DNA of 64,000 nt from the human T2T-CHM13v2.0 reference genome, Homo sapiens (GCF_009914755.1 NC_060939.1); one strand, 5' to 3'; positions 16,371-29,460 are shown, counted from the stretch's first letter. The notes: a model not told the origin generated them from the sequence alone. Numbers and translations are program-made.

Positions 16371-16799
16371 TTAGAAGTAAAGCATTGTCTTCAGAGTCAG
16401 ACCTATATATGCTCTTAGCTCTATCACTTGCTGGCACTGTGTGTACACATACTTTAAGTCATTCACGCCAGTAATCTTTTTTGTTGTCTTTCAATTTTTC
16501 CTACTCTACTCCTTTGCTTTCTACTCTACCTGCTTTCTTTAGATCACAAATTATTGAACTGCATGAAAGGATGGAATTTTGGATTCTTCCCTGGATGAGA
16601 CTTGGTTAATCATTGTGTGGGCAAGTCTGTCCCTGCCTAATGCTCGCTCTGGGCTCAGGGAACACAGAACCTCATGGTCTCTCTAGACTTTCAACTTCTC
16701 TCTTTACTGAATGGAGAGATGGGGAAAGTTTTACTGTTAGAGTAGCTCTGTGCCTGCTTTGAAGGAGTCTTTTCTCATTCCTCTTATGTACAACTTGTT

Positions 16800-17250
16800 G
16801 TGGACATTATACAAGAACAAGATGGACTTCCACCCAAAATTTGGTTTAGATGTTAATACTGATGATACCACACATGCATTAAGAGGGGATAGAAAAGCTT
16901 ATTACTAATATAATGAGCCTCTGGGGAGAGCCTGCCTCTCAAGCTGGGTTACAAATGGCTTTGAGAGAACAGGGAAGGGAAACAGGCTTGGGATTTTTAT
17001 TGTGGTTAGGGGGTAGGGCTACAGTGAGGGGTCTCACTTGCAAGAAGGGGCTTTCATGCTCTTTTGGCACCTGCTCCCACAGGTGCCAAAGAAGGGAGTA
17101 CTCAGCTTCCCAAGATGTGGAGCAGAAGAGGAAGAGGGAGGTGTAAGGAACTTATCAGCTTCCCAAGATGTGGAGCGGAAGAGGAAGAGGGAGGTGTAAG
17201 GCTTAAGAGTTGTCAGCAAGCATCAATGAAGGGAGTCAGACTTATTCCAC
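16800..17250 (-). mobile_element. ERVL-class LTR (MER76-like) with an internal tandem duplication
   Basis: CCCAAAATTTGGTTTAGATGT...ACTGATGATACCACAC...TTTATTACT matches my recollection of reverse MER76; the TTTATT is the LTR poly(A) signal in reverse. Confidence 0.5.
17102..17201. repeat. Direct duplication, 47-bp unit, period 53
   Basis: TCAGCTTCCCAAGATGTGGAGC(A/G)GAAGAGGAAGAGGGAGGTGTAAGG at 17102 and 17155, one mismatch. Confidence 0.97.
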
Positions 17251-18419
17251 GAATTTACACCCCTGAGTTGTAATCTCTCTTTCAGTTGTCTAGCACAGTA
17301 ATTCCACTTTAGAAAAAAAGGCTTTCAACACCCACAAAGTAGTTCTTGTTTCCAAAATCAAAGTTTTTCTCTTTTCTCTAAGATTACTCCAGTGGTTTTT
17401 GTAACTCCTTAGCACCTAGTTATTATGTTCCTGGGGCTACCTAAGACTCCAGCCAAGATTGCAAAGACAAGAACCAGCCATAGACAGGCAGACAGTACCC
17501 AAAGGAGGCCCCAGAGCTGACTCTGATGCCCCCTTCCCGACTGTGGATAAGAAGGAGCAGATCAGTCAGGGAATAAATGCCAGCCCATCAGTTTGGCAAA
17601 AGGTGAGCCATACAAAGAAATTACTGGAGCCTCCATGTCACTTCATCATTAAGTGACAGATCTCTGATCTCTTTCCATGACATCCAGAGGGCAACTGCTG
17701 GACCAGGAAGGAAAACTCTGCCACACTGATGGGAGGAAGGAATATTGAGAGCAGCAAGGGCAGGTAGAGGGGCAAACAAGGCAGCATCCACAAAGTAACC
17801 AAGCAAAGCATTGTGGCCAGCCTTCCTCCTGGCCGACACGCACAGTATTCCAATCATAACAAGGATGCCTTGGGCCAAATGTAATAAATCTGCTCTTAAG
17901 TGGCAGGTAACTGAGTTTGCTGCTTTTGCTTTTAGGACTTGATGTTGGGCAACGTTTAAAAAAAAATCAGATGTTTTTGAAAAGAGGCTTTGATGTGCCC
18001 CTTCCCCCTGGACTCTCTGCACATACTGCAAGTGCAGGTGGGAGATGGAAGGGCAGGGGGTGGAGGGGAGCAGGCTTCAGCCCAGCCCTGGGCAGCCACT
18101 GTGGATGCTTCTCCACTTCACAAGTCATGAGCAAGCCTCTTGACCTAACTCTGACTGCAGATAATGGGTGAAGTCTGAGACAAAGCGGAACAAAGGCAGC
18201 TGGATGGCTACTTTGCAGGTGATTTCTCTTAGGACAGGAGGGATTCTTTTCAAAGAAAAACGTTGGAAAACTGTTACCATGGAAACTCTCCAAGTTCTGA
18301 AGTGATATTATCAGATAAAGCTCTGGAGAGCAGACGGAAGGTGGTGGGTGCAGTACTCATGAATGGATACATTCTACAAGTTGGGCTTTTTCTTTCTCTT
18401 TTAATATTAAGTCTGAATA

Positions 18420-18555
18420 TTAAGAAAAAAGGTGATAAAAGCAAAAAGAAAAGAAGGAAGGAAGAAAGGAAAAGAGGGTGAGAGGAAGGGAAGGAGGGAA
18501 AGAAAACAGGAAACAAAATAACGTAAGATAGAAGGAGGGAAGAAAGGAAGGAAAT
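18420..18555. repeat. Purine-rich (GA-rich) low-complexity tract
   Basis: GAAG/GAAA/GGAA runs. Confidence 0.85.
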
Positions 18556-19029
18556 GCAAACTAAATTTACTCCAAGAAAATATCCTTGGTAGCAAGAAAA
18601 AGCTGCCTGTGGAGCTGCCGCTGAGAGAGGGAGGTTAGATTCTGTATGATTTTGACCCTTATGCTTTATTAAGGGTGATAGAAGAGTTCATTCAGTGACT
18701 GGATTTCTCCCACTTCTTGGTATATCTGTAATGTTGATTGTTATAAGACATACTTACCTTGAAATCATTGAATTATTATTGGTTTAACACAAAGCTCATA
18801 CTATGTTGTCTGTAATGGCATGCTATTAATAGCATTATGAAATATAATGATTAACATGTGCTGGATATCAATAATGAAGCTAGTCATAGGCTAATTCTAC
18901 TTCCAAGGTGGTGCAACTTAATCTACTCTGATTGGTAAAACAATATTCTGGGGAGCAGAATTTACAAAATGCTTAGAAATAGTTGCATTAATTATTCTAC
19001 ATCATAAGCCCATCAAGTAGGTTATTAAC

Positions 19030-21012
19030 TCAATTCCCTTGCTCCGTCCCTTTGTCATACTTGCCTGGTAAAACCCCAGGAGTTCAACCCTACTCCCTGT
19101 CTACTATGCACAGGCTGAATCTGGTTTGAGAGGCACATGCACCCAGGCTGACTGGCCACACTTTAGTTTATGACTTTACTGAGCTCCCATCACTGCCAAG
19201 AGACCCTTACACAATTCTTGTAACATTCTTCTATCCTCCTAGGTGACAACTCACCTCTCTTTTTTCCTTAAACCTTCAATATCCCCTCCTTATCCTCTAT
19301 CAACTCGTGGCTCACTCTCATTTTGCTGAAAAAATAGAATTTGTAAGAAAAGCATTTCCTCATTCTCCTACCCCAATCTCCTAAACCATCTTCACGTGTA
19401 ATGATATCCTCTGGTTCCCTGCCCATGATGATGAATTATATCCATACTGCTGTGTAGGACAAATCCTTCCATATGTAACTGGATCCCATTCCCCAGAACA
19501 CTCATAAACATTAGTTCTGCCATCAGTCTTGCTCTCTCTATTCTACATTATCAATTTTTTTCTTTCTCCTGGATCATCTTCAATAACATAAAAATAGCTG
19601 TGTTACCTTCATGATTAAAACAAAAAGACAAACACAAACTTCTCTTGACTCCTCTAACCCCCACCTCACTTTGTAGCTTTGTAGCAAAATTCCTCAGAAA
19701 CACTCTCTCTTGGATCAACTCCATTAATGGTTTTGCCCTCGTCATTGCAGAGAAACAGCTTTCACAGTAGTCATCAATGAAATCCACGTTGCTGAATCCC
19801 ATAGTCAATCTTCAGTCCTCCTGTTACCTGACTAACTAGCAACATATCTCAATATCTCCTTCCTCAAACACTTTCTTTCCTTGGCCTCTGAGACATCAAT
19901 CCCCTGATTTTTCTTCCACCTCACTTTGTTTCCCTTTCAGGCTACTTTGTTGACTCGTTTTCTTATTTTCAGCCTTCAAATGTAGGATCTGACTTATTCC
20001 TCTCACGGCTACTCTGATGACTTGTAAATTTCTATCTCTAGCCAACACCTCTCCCCTGAACTCTAGACTTGTGTATCCAACCTTCTATGTAGCATTTCCA
20101 CTTGGATGTCTAATAGACATCTCCAAATAGAGCCCTTACTTTCTCCCCTGTCCACACTAACCCTCCCCTCTCCCAGTATTTCCCATGCAGTAAATGGTGC
20201 TACCATGCACCCAGTTGCTCAAGTCAAAGTGTTTGCAATCAGTTTTGAATACTGTCATCTTGCATTTTAAATGCAAGCTCTTATCAAATTACGTTGGTTC
20301 TACCTTCAAAATATATCCATAGTCCAACCACTCCTCAACTCCTACACTGCTCTCAGGCTCCTTCAAACAACCACCATCATGTCTTGCCTTTATTAATAAT
20401 CTCTCATCTGATCTCCATACTACTACTCCTCTTACAAGGGCATGGTCTCTTGACCCAGTAGTCAGAGGACTTCTTTAAAAATAAAGCCAGGTCATTTTCG
20501 TGATCAAAATCTTCTGGTGGCATCTGATCTTACCAGCAACAGAATCTAAATTGCAGTTGTCCCTTATAAGATTCTACATGATCTGGCTCCTGTCTACCTA
20601 CCACTGATTTCCTAACTCACTGTTCTTCATGCATACTGGCCTACTGTAGTTCTTTGACAAGACCAACAATGCTCACAATTCTAGGCTGTTGCATTGGCCA
20701 GGGCTCTTTTCCCCTAGATACTTACAGGGTTTATGCTCTCTTTCATTGAGGGCTTTATTCAAATGTTTCTTTCTAACAGAGACTTTATCTGACCACCATA
20801 TGTAAATTATTCCAATCCATTCTTTATCCTGCCTTACGTTTTTTCACTGTGCTAACTTATGTTGTGCCCTGTATTTATTTGTTTCTCCCTTTCTCATCTG
20901 TCACTAGGCTGTAAGATCCACAAGAGTCTGCTTCTTTTTTCAATTGCTCTATGTTTTTCACATAGCAGACCTTTCATAAATATTTGTCAAATTGGCTAAT
21001 GAAGGAATGAAT
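19030..21012 (+). mobile_element. Long L2 (L2a-like) fragment including the 3' end
   Basis: CCTCTCCCCTGAACTCTAGACTTGTGTATCCAA, CATTTCCACTTGGATGTCTAATAGACATCTC and CACCCAGTTGCTCAAG, ending CATAAATATTTGT...GAATGAAT. Confidence 0.88.
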
Positions 21013-22199
21013 CAGATATTATGTTAGGATCTTCCATTCTCTGGGTATCTCACTTATTGTTGTGATTCCAATCCCATTATGGGGTTACAAGATTCTCAGC
21101 CTTATGTTGTGCCAGAAAATGAAGGATCAGGTTGTTGGTGGTCAACATACTGATATGTGATGCCATTGCTGGCATTGCTTCTAACTCCCATCTATCTGCT
21201 TCCTGAGCCTCAGAAATATTCTGCACAGAAGGCATGAACCCAAGACTCAACACTTACAAGGACCATCCTTTTTTGATATTGCATTGTAGTTAGGCACTAA
21301 TCTCTACCACCATGGCCTACCTCCTTCCCATTCCTATAGGCAGATCAAACCTTCTTAGGAGAGGCCATATGCAGCTCACCACTCAAAGAACTTCCATCCC
21401 ACTTCTCTATGGAATTGTCAAGAAAACCTTCTCACTGAAGCTGGGGAAGTAAGGTTGTCCTTTCCTCCTAGCTGTGGGCATGTCTCACTGATGTCAGAGT
21501 TTGAGGGAGGGAGAGAGGACCAGGAGAAGAAATCAGAGATATAGGAGAATGTAGCCAGAGCTTTAGCAGAGAGCTTCCTTGCTTTCCTATAAGAAACGAA
21601 TATTTTCAGAAATGTATAATGGAGACACTGAGGTTGTTCTGAAGCTCTCAGGAAAACACAAAAATAATAGTACTGTAAAGGAGCTAATTCTAATGAAGGA
21701 ATTGTTATTTGCCTGAAAAAAGAACATCTTACTGGGTTGTTCTCACTACCCTCAAAGCAGGGGATATTTTATATGGTCATAATCTCTGAGGCTCCAGAGA
21801 GTTTATAGATGACACTGAACATCAAAGCAGTGTTATCACTTATTTTTTCATGGCCAAGACATGCATCTCCTAAGCTTGACGGCATTTTGCTGTGGAAGTC
21901 ATCTGAAAAATTACTGATCTGCCTCCCTAGGACAACTCTTTATCAATTGCTCTTAGAATGCACTTCTAAGAGCTGACTCAGCCCAGTTCTTGGCAAAAGT
22001 TGGAATGCAACCCTTAACAATTCATTTGTGATAACAATTGGGAATAGAAGAAAGGAGCTGAGTGGCAGTTGTTTGTTTTCAGGACCATAACATAAACTCT
22101 TCCGTGAGTACCAAAAATAGCTTTAATTTCTCCTGTTTCAGGAGAAAAGACATAGTTAGAACATCAAAGATGTTGGAATTAGGAAGACATTGATCCAAT

Positions 22200-22388
22200 T
22201 AATTTTGCAGCCACTTGCTATCATGTCTTCTTGGGTAAGTTTCCTGACCCTTCTTAACATCCATGTTCTCATCTATAATATGGAATTAATAATGTAGTCT
22301 ACATAATGGTGTTAGCAGATTGCAGTGAGATCATTAAAATGCTGATGACAGAGCCTGTCACGTAGCTCATATTCAAAGGCTAGTTATA
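22200..22388 (+). mobile_element. MIR
   Basis: MIR core GCCACTTGCTA...TTGGGTAAGTT...TCTCATCTATAA...AATAAT. Confidence 0.7.
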
Positions 22389-22389
22389 T

Positions 22390-22855
22390 GCACTATAAGC
22401 TATTGCCACAATGATGCTGCATCACAAACCACCCCCAAACTCAGAGGCTTACGATGACTCTCACATATTCTTTTGTTTAAAAGTCTGCAGGTTGATTTTA
22501 TTATTACACTATGGGCTTAAATGAACAGCTCTGCTCCAACCTGTAGGTCAGCTGGACTTGGCTCCAGCTGCTGGTTGGGTTCAGTTTTGTTCCATGAGTG
22601 TTTACTCCAGGGCCAACGTTAAGAAACAATAGCTATCTGAGTCATACTCTTCTCATGGTGGGTCACCAGAGAACAAAGCAAGCCAAAAGACACCGGCACA
22701 TTTGAGGCTTTAGCTTGCATCATCTCTGCTAATATGTATTGGTCAAAGCAAGTTACATGGCAACCCCAACATCAATGGATGGGTTAAGTCCACCCACAGC
22801 AGGATGGGGAAGGAAGTGCACATTTGCTGAACAGTAATGTCAACTACCCCACTAT
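22390..22855 (-). mobile_element. MLT1 (H/I/J-like) LTR
   Basis: GCTGCATCACAAACCACCCCCAAACTCAGAGGCTTA...ATTGGTCAAAGCAAGTTACATGGC. Confidence 0.7.
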
Positions 22856-25189
22856 AATAATAATGATGATAATGATTGGCAAGGAGAAAAATAATCATTG
22901 ATTCTTTCTGCTGATTTTGTTTGGCTGCCAATTAATTCTGTGCCAGTGATTGCCTTAGCTATTTTCCCAAGCAATGTTAAGTTTTTCCCAACCATATGTG
23001 ACTTTGATGTGTGGTTTTAAAGAATGACTTTAAAGACAATGATCCGAGTCGTGCAAATCCTTTCCATCAGCTTGGGAATAGACAAATCGAAAACTGAACA
23101 AGTCAGCAAATATAACTCATTCCTTAATGTACACTGACTAACTCATTTATGGTGTTGGCACCTCCTTGGACATCTCTGAGCCTTGGTTTACCTTATTTGA
23201 AGATGAAAAGATGTTCTCTTAAGTTCCTCCTAATTTATTAAGTATTTTCCACAAATGAGAGAACTTTTTCTTTATACTCGTGAGTATACTTTTGTTTTAT
23301 ACCTGTCTTATGCATTTTAAGTAAAACAGACAAGTATTTAATGCAGTCAATTGACATTCATTTGAGGGGAAGCTAGGATTAAATGCCAAGTTCAGTTCAG
23401 CCACAAAATAGCTCATGGACCATGGAAGGGATCCGCAGAATGTATTTCCTTGGCCCTTGCTGTGATGAATAGATGACTTGAAGTGGACAGTTCAACCTAA
23501 AACCAGGAAAAACATCTTAGGTATTCCTTTCTAGAATTATAAAAGTAAAGCACATAAGGTGGAGGTAGGGAAGATGGATATAAAATATAAAGGAAAAAAG
23601 AAGGCATTTGTCAGATGCTATTTGGCAATATTATCTTCTTGCTGTCTCTCATTTATTTAAGGCTTTTGTGAAGGAAGAGAAGGCCCCTGAACCATCCATG
23701 GACGGCAGTTATCAAGTCTACAGAAACATCAAATGAAAGTTATCTTACCAAGTGTTATCATCTCTACTCAAAAACTCTACTGGCAAGTAAATCAGAAGAA
23801 ATGGGCTAAAATTACAACATGAAAAATATAAGTTAGGCATGCAGGGAAGTTTCCTACCTTAGAGGGTTGGTACATATTGTTAAATATCTTGAGGTTAGTT
23901 GACAGCTTTTCCTTCCAAATCTGTCTGTGGGGAGTGATGAGGGAAGGAGAGAAATGACTGACATTTATTGTTAAGAAGGAGCTGGAAGTCTCATGCATGG
24001 TATCATATTAACATCACATAAGCCCAGCCAGGGATGTATTAAGAACCTTATATATTCAGAAAAGAATTCAGGATTGTTTGAGTTGGATACATTATCCCCC
24101 AAGGTAATACTGTTAGGAAATGGTGGGATTGGCCTTAAACCTAGCCTCTGATGTTCCACATTATCACATTTTGATTTTTAAGATATGCACCTGGATTTGG
24201 AAAGTTTTATTGGCTATAGGACAAGCAGGGAGATAGACAAAGTTAATGCTCACAAAGTCCTTTTCAATCCCAGACATCTGTGAGTCTATGATATGTAACA
24301 AATTATTTCCTCTGCAGACCCAAACCGTAGGCTACATTGTACATATTTTTTCCTTGTTTTCAGCTGTCAGCTACTTGACTGCCCCTCATGGCCACTTTTC
24401 AAGTCTTGATTGCCAAGCATTTATTTTCTTTTTCCAGTTTGTCTGGAAGACAGAATGCCTCAGGAAGGGATTGTTGGGTTTTTCATATAAAGCACGTGAA
24501 ATATCTGTAATTATGGATTACATTTTTGTACCCAATATATGGCTGAAAGGAGTCCTGTGATAGAAACTTTTAGAAGATAATTGAATGTGTCAGCTGCATC
24601 AAGAAATTATGTACTTGCTTCACTTCAACAAACTGTGATAAATAGCCTATTGTCTGGAGAGTTTGCTTGGCATTTTCTTTTGCGTTACAAAATTGTGCTA
24701 GTCCTTGTCACTGAATTTTTGGTTAACAACTCATAGAAACCCTTTGAACTAGAATTCATCTGTAGATACCAGTTACTGTGCATAGCTACCTGGAAAACAA
24801 CTGATTTTAATAATTCAACACTTCATTTCTACCATTACCCCAGACAAAGAATATGTGTCTTTTTTACCAAATTTACTTGGTTAAAAGTAGGAAATGTCTT
24901 ATGCCGAGTGGCAATTAGCATTTCTCCATCTGAATAATGAAGTGAGAGAAAAAGCATTTATTCTTTATTCTTTATGTTTCCAATTGTGTCTTTGCGTAAT
25001 TGGCTTGGAACAGAAGTATCTTATTAAAATGTACAATCAATAGCAGAAATAGGATTCCAAGAAGAAGAACAAAACAAAATATAGTTGATAACTTCCTATT
25101 AAACCTCAGCCTTATATAGTACGCCCTCACTAAGAAGAATTAAGCTTGTTTAAAAATAAATAAATCATAAAATATTACTAGTAGAAAAT

Positions 25190-26082
25190 GGAAATAAATA
25201 GTGGCCAAATCTATACATAAACTGGAGTGATCATTTTTTAAGCTCAAAAGGAGTAGAAGAAATAACAGAGAGGGAGATCAGTAGATTTTTCACATAGGAT
25301 TTCCCTCAAAATTGCTTAACAGGCAAATAAACCAGAGGGAATACTTGCTTCAAATAGGACAAAGAGTGGTATCCTTAATAGAAAAAGAACTCATGCCAAA
25401 AGGTAATAAAAGCATTAAGTTCCCAATAAATAAAGGGGAAAGGAATGAAGACAATGAAATAGAGGCATATTAATGGCTAATAAATATTTGAAAATTTTTC
25501 AACCTCACTCATTATCAACAAAATGGAAATTAGAATAACAACGAGATACTATTTTTAACCTAACAGATTAATAGAACTGTAAAAAATGTGAATATTCAAT
25601 ATCGGAGATTGAGTGCAGTGACACAGACACACTCAACACAGCTGGAAGAAATATAAAGTGGCTCCAGCCTTTAGGAAAGGAACGTGGCATACAATTCAAG
25701 AGTCTTGAAAATATTCTTACCCTTACCTGGGAAATTCTCTTTCTGGGATTCTATTAATGGAAATGATCTGAAATGAAGAAGGACTTTTTTGCCTAAAGAC
25801 ATTCATTGCAATGCTGTTTATAATATTAATATTTGGAAATAAATGAAGTTTCTAAAAATAAGAGTGATATTAAACAAGTGAGAATAAAAATAATGTAGTC
25901 ATTCAAAGATCTGTAAAACATTTTGAATAATATCATAAAATGCCCAGATTTCAGTGTTAAATATAAAAAAGTATAAAATTTTATATGTAGAATAAGATCA
26001 AAGACGTAAAATACCTATAAAAACGACTGGAGTGGATTATAATAAAATGTTAAGAGTGGTTTTATCTGGTTGGTAGGGTTAT
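25190..26082 (+). mobile_element. L1ME-type 3' fragment
   Basis: TGGCTAATAAATATTTGAAAA..TTCAACCTCACT, AAAGACATTCATTGCAATGCTGTTTATAAT and AAAATGTTAAGAGTGGTT motifs. Confidence 0.7.
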
Positions 26083-26087
26083 GTGGA

Positions 26088-26190
26088 AGATGGCCATGGA
26101 ATTTATTTTCCAAGTGGGGACAGTTGGGAGATTAAAAGGGGGCTGGATCAATGGTTATGAACTAAAATGCTCCAGCATATGTGGTCACAT
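26088..26190 (-). mobile_element. MER94-like (hAT-Blackjack)
   Basis: TGGCCATGGAATTTATTTTCCAAGTGGGGACA...AAAAGGGGGC...ATGTGGTCAC; resembles the reverse of the copy at 38441. Confidence 0.5.
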
Positions 26191-26786
26191 TTCTCTCAAA
26201 CTGACTTCAAATGAATTTTGTCTAAAATTCTACTGATGTAAATGATGAGTAAGTGGAGGAGCTCAGCCATTCATTTGAAGGTGGTCTGGGAGAAGTGCAG
26301 TCAGGAAACAGCTATGAGAAATAGATGAGGGAAGTGGAAAGATGGATTGTTGGAGAAACATTCTAGTCCAGAAGTAGGGACTAAGAAACATGATGTTTAA
26401 ACATTAGCTGAAGTCCTAACCATCAGTAAGGAATTGATAAAGGTTCCAGCTGTGTGTTGGAATACTATGCGGTCATTAAGAAGAATTAGGGAATATACAT
26501 GTGCTGATCTGGAAAGATAACTATACTACAGTTTACAGGAAGATAAGCAAGTGGCTGATTGATATTTTTAATGGAGATTCCAATCTGGCAGACTGCTGGC
26601 TGGACAAGGCCTGAAGAAGTATTTATTGTGGCTGGCACCTTTCTTAACAAATCTGACTTAGTTGCCAACATTTAAAAACCAGGAATTGTCATATAACAAT
26701 CTTGATTTTCAACTTGTCTTGGAAAATCTGAAGCTTTTGTAAGCCAGCCTGTATTCCCACGGGCAACAATTCCATGAGGTGGGGAA

Positions 26787-27286
26787 ATCTACCCCTTTTG
26801 GATATATACCCAAAGAAATATAAATCAGTCTACCATAAAGACACATACATGTATATGTTCATTGCAGCACTATTCACAATAGCAAAGACATGGAGTCAAC
26901 CTAAGTGCCCATCAATGAATGATAGACTGGATAAAGAAAAAGTGGTACATGTATACCATGGAATAACTATGCAGCCATAAAAAGAATAAGATCATGTTCG
27001 TTGCAGGAACATGGATGGAGCTGGAGGCCATTATCCTTAACAAACTAACGCAGGAACAGAAAACCAAATACCGCATGTTCTCCCTTACAAGTGGGCGCTA
27101 ACTGATGAGAACATGTGGACATACAGAGGGGAACAGCACACACCGGGGTGTTTTGGAGGGTGGAGGGTAGGAGGAGGGAGAGGATCAGGAAAAACAGCTA
27201 GTGAGTACTAGGCATAATACCTGGGTAATGAAATAATCTGTGTAACAAGCCCCCATGAACAAGTTGACCGATGTAACAAACCTGCA
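26787..27286 (+). mobile_element. L1PA13/14-like 3' region lacking its terminal tail
   Basis: ORF 26774..26980 gives ORF2p C-terminal-like [19 protein letters not shown]. The 3'UTR runs to TAACAAACCTGCA with no poly(A) after it. Confidence 0.88.
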
Positions 27287-27749
27287 TTTAAACAAGTTAA
27301 CAAATTTATACATAGAAGAAGGTACAGGCTCCTTCAACATTGCTCCTGTCCCCAGGGTGGGAGCCACAGGGCAGGTTGTGACTGATGGAACCCCTAAGGC
27401 CCCCCACCATGGTCAGTTTTACAAAGTTGTGAGTTCTCATCACTGGCATCACTTGAGCAGACGCTGGGTGACCCCAGCAGGGGTGTTCTTAAAGAGAATG
27501 GAAGCCTGCCTGAGAGACACCAACTCTGAGATCCGGGGTTCTCTGGAAGCTCAGTTCACACACAAACCTCAGCCCTTGCTTTTTTCTAGAACTGGAGCCC
27601 TGCCCTGGGGTCTAACCAGAGAGGACAATAAAGCCCAGGGTAGCGGGGCCCTGTTAGCTTCAGCCACACCTGAGCAGGGCACAGGCAGGCAGGGAGGAGG
27701 ACGTTGAAACCATATTCAAAACATTTCCTGATATTTGAGTATACTATTT

Positions 27750-28020
27750 TCAAAGTCATTTCATATACCTATATAATTTTTTACATTTATGATTCTTATT
27801 AAAAGCACACTTCCAGAACTCCAAAAGCCCCCCTTGTTCACACTGCTCATCAGAACCTCTTTCTTCTCCCAAAGGAAACCAGTATTCTGACTTGTTATTC
27901 ATTTGGCCTGCTTTTAAGTTCTTATAAATGGGATCATACAGTCTGTACTCTTTCACATCCCCCTTCCTTCACTCAATATTATGCTTGTGAGATTCACCCA
28001 TATTGTTACTTTTCAGCATT
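27750..28020 (-). mobile_element. L1ME-type 3' end
   Basis: TATAAATGGGATCATACAGTCTGTACTCTTT...CTTCACTCAATATTATGCTTGTGAGATTCACCCAT. Confidence 0.75.
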
Positions 28021-28039
28021 GAATTCTCACAGAAACAAC

Positions 28040-28490
28040 AAAAGGTAGGTTAAAAAGGGTTCAGCAATTTGCCATGAAGATAAAGAAAGAAACCCAAAAG
28101 GATGAAGTGACTTGCCCAAGGTCACACGACCACTAACTGGCCAAGCTGAGTACCTGGATCTCCAGACGTCACGTCTAGCGTTTGTTCCTTGGATGTGTTA
28201 GTTCACCCCCACAGAGGTGTGGCCTGCTGGGAACTGTGTGGAAACCGGGGCCATTCATTTCTTGACTCTCCTACTTACCCCTTAAGTGACTTGGCACAAG
28301 CCACTTACCTTCTCTGAAACTTGAGTGGTTCATCGGCAAAATGGGCCCCTGTCATCTGTGTTTCATAGGCGGTCAGTGAATATTTGTTATGTGAATGAAC
28401 ACGTTTGTTAGGAGAAAATGAGATCATGTGTGTAGAGTCTGGTATGCTGCTTGCCACCTTTGCAGCAGTTGATAAACAGCCATGATAGCT
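28040..28490. mobile_element. MIR fragments (minus about 28040-28200; plus about 28230-28490)
   Basis: AAGTGACTTGCCCAAGGTCACAC, and GTGACTTGGCACAAGCCACTTACCTTCTCTGA...CATCGGCAAAATGGG. Confidence 0.7.
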
Positions 28491-29199
28491 GGCACTGAAA
28501 AGAAAGTCTCATTTCAGGGGAAGGTTTCATGAAAGACTAGATTTTAATGTATCAGTTGGAATGCGTTAGATTAGGGTTCATTAAGCTATCCGATGCTAGA
28601 CGATGGAAAAGGAAATGAAAAATCTATCATCGGAACTTTTCCAATGTCTGAATACTTGCTGTTGTGTGGATGCCCTGGGTGACCCACTGCTCTCCCTGTG
28701 TCACCTGGAAGCATACACCTGGTGACAGCTCCTCTCATTGACCCTCTGAAGGCGCTCAACGTGTTTCTCAGACCCCCGTTTGTCCCTGGCTTTGGCGATA
28801 TGTTGAAAAATGTCAGCGTTTCAAAGCGAATTTCTGCCTGAGTTTTTGACATGCATACAGCACGAGTGAATTTGCAACAACCTCTGGGACAGCATAGCTT
28901 AGCTCAAACAGAATGTAAAAGCCATCCAGCTGGCAGGCTGAGCTGAGAAATCCACGTTCGTCTAAGTCGGTTTGTGCCTAAATGCTCTCTGGGGTTTTAC
29001 TTATTTTTCAACTGGCTCTGACTGTGCGAGTTCCGTCTTCTCAATGTTAAGTCACTTAGCCATTAAAAGGATGTGATGTGACTGCAGCTAGCAGGCAGCA
29101 TCAGTTGTTCTGTAATGGTCTGTAGGCATGGCACTACAGACCATGTTGAGAATTTGTGGATGAATTTATAAATATTGTGACATTCTTATCCTTTAATAT

Positions 29200-29460
29200 A
29201 TAATAGTTATCACTATGATTTGTTGAGCACGTAGTATGTGTCAGACTCTGTGGTAGCTGATCCCTTGGTGTTTCATTTAATTTTTACAATGAAACCCAGG
29301 AGGTAGGGTTATTTTCATTCATCATCATTTTATGGAGAAAGAAATTGAGACCCAGAAAGGTTGAATCACTTTCTCAAGGTCAATCAATTCATAAGTGGCT
29401 GAGCTGGGATTGGAGCCTAGCACCATCTGATTTCCAAGCTAGTGCCCTTTCCTCTATTCT
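29200..29460 (-). mobile_element. MIR (MIRb-like)
   Basis: TTTGTTGAGCACGTAGTATGTGTCAG...GAAATTGAGACCCAGAAAGGTT...CAAGGTCA...GAGCTGGGATT. Confidence 0.8.

Noticed and set aside
17102-17201. Short direct repeats (here and at 35003, 38931, 60484) as CRISPR-like arrays
   Set aside because: Each has only two copies with unrelated units, there are no cas genes, and the context is eukaryotic.
17621-18031. 136-aa minus-strand ORF in unique DNA
   Set aside because: It has no recognisable homology, and overlapping ORFs occur in several frames, as expected by chance in GC-richer DNA.
27255-27707. 150-aa plus-strand ORF
   Set aside because: It starts in an L1 3'UTR, has no recognisable domain and has no supporting splice or promoter context.
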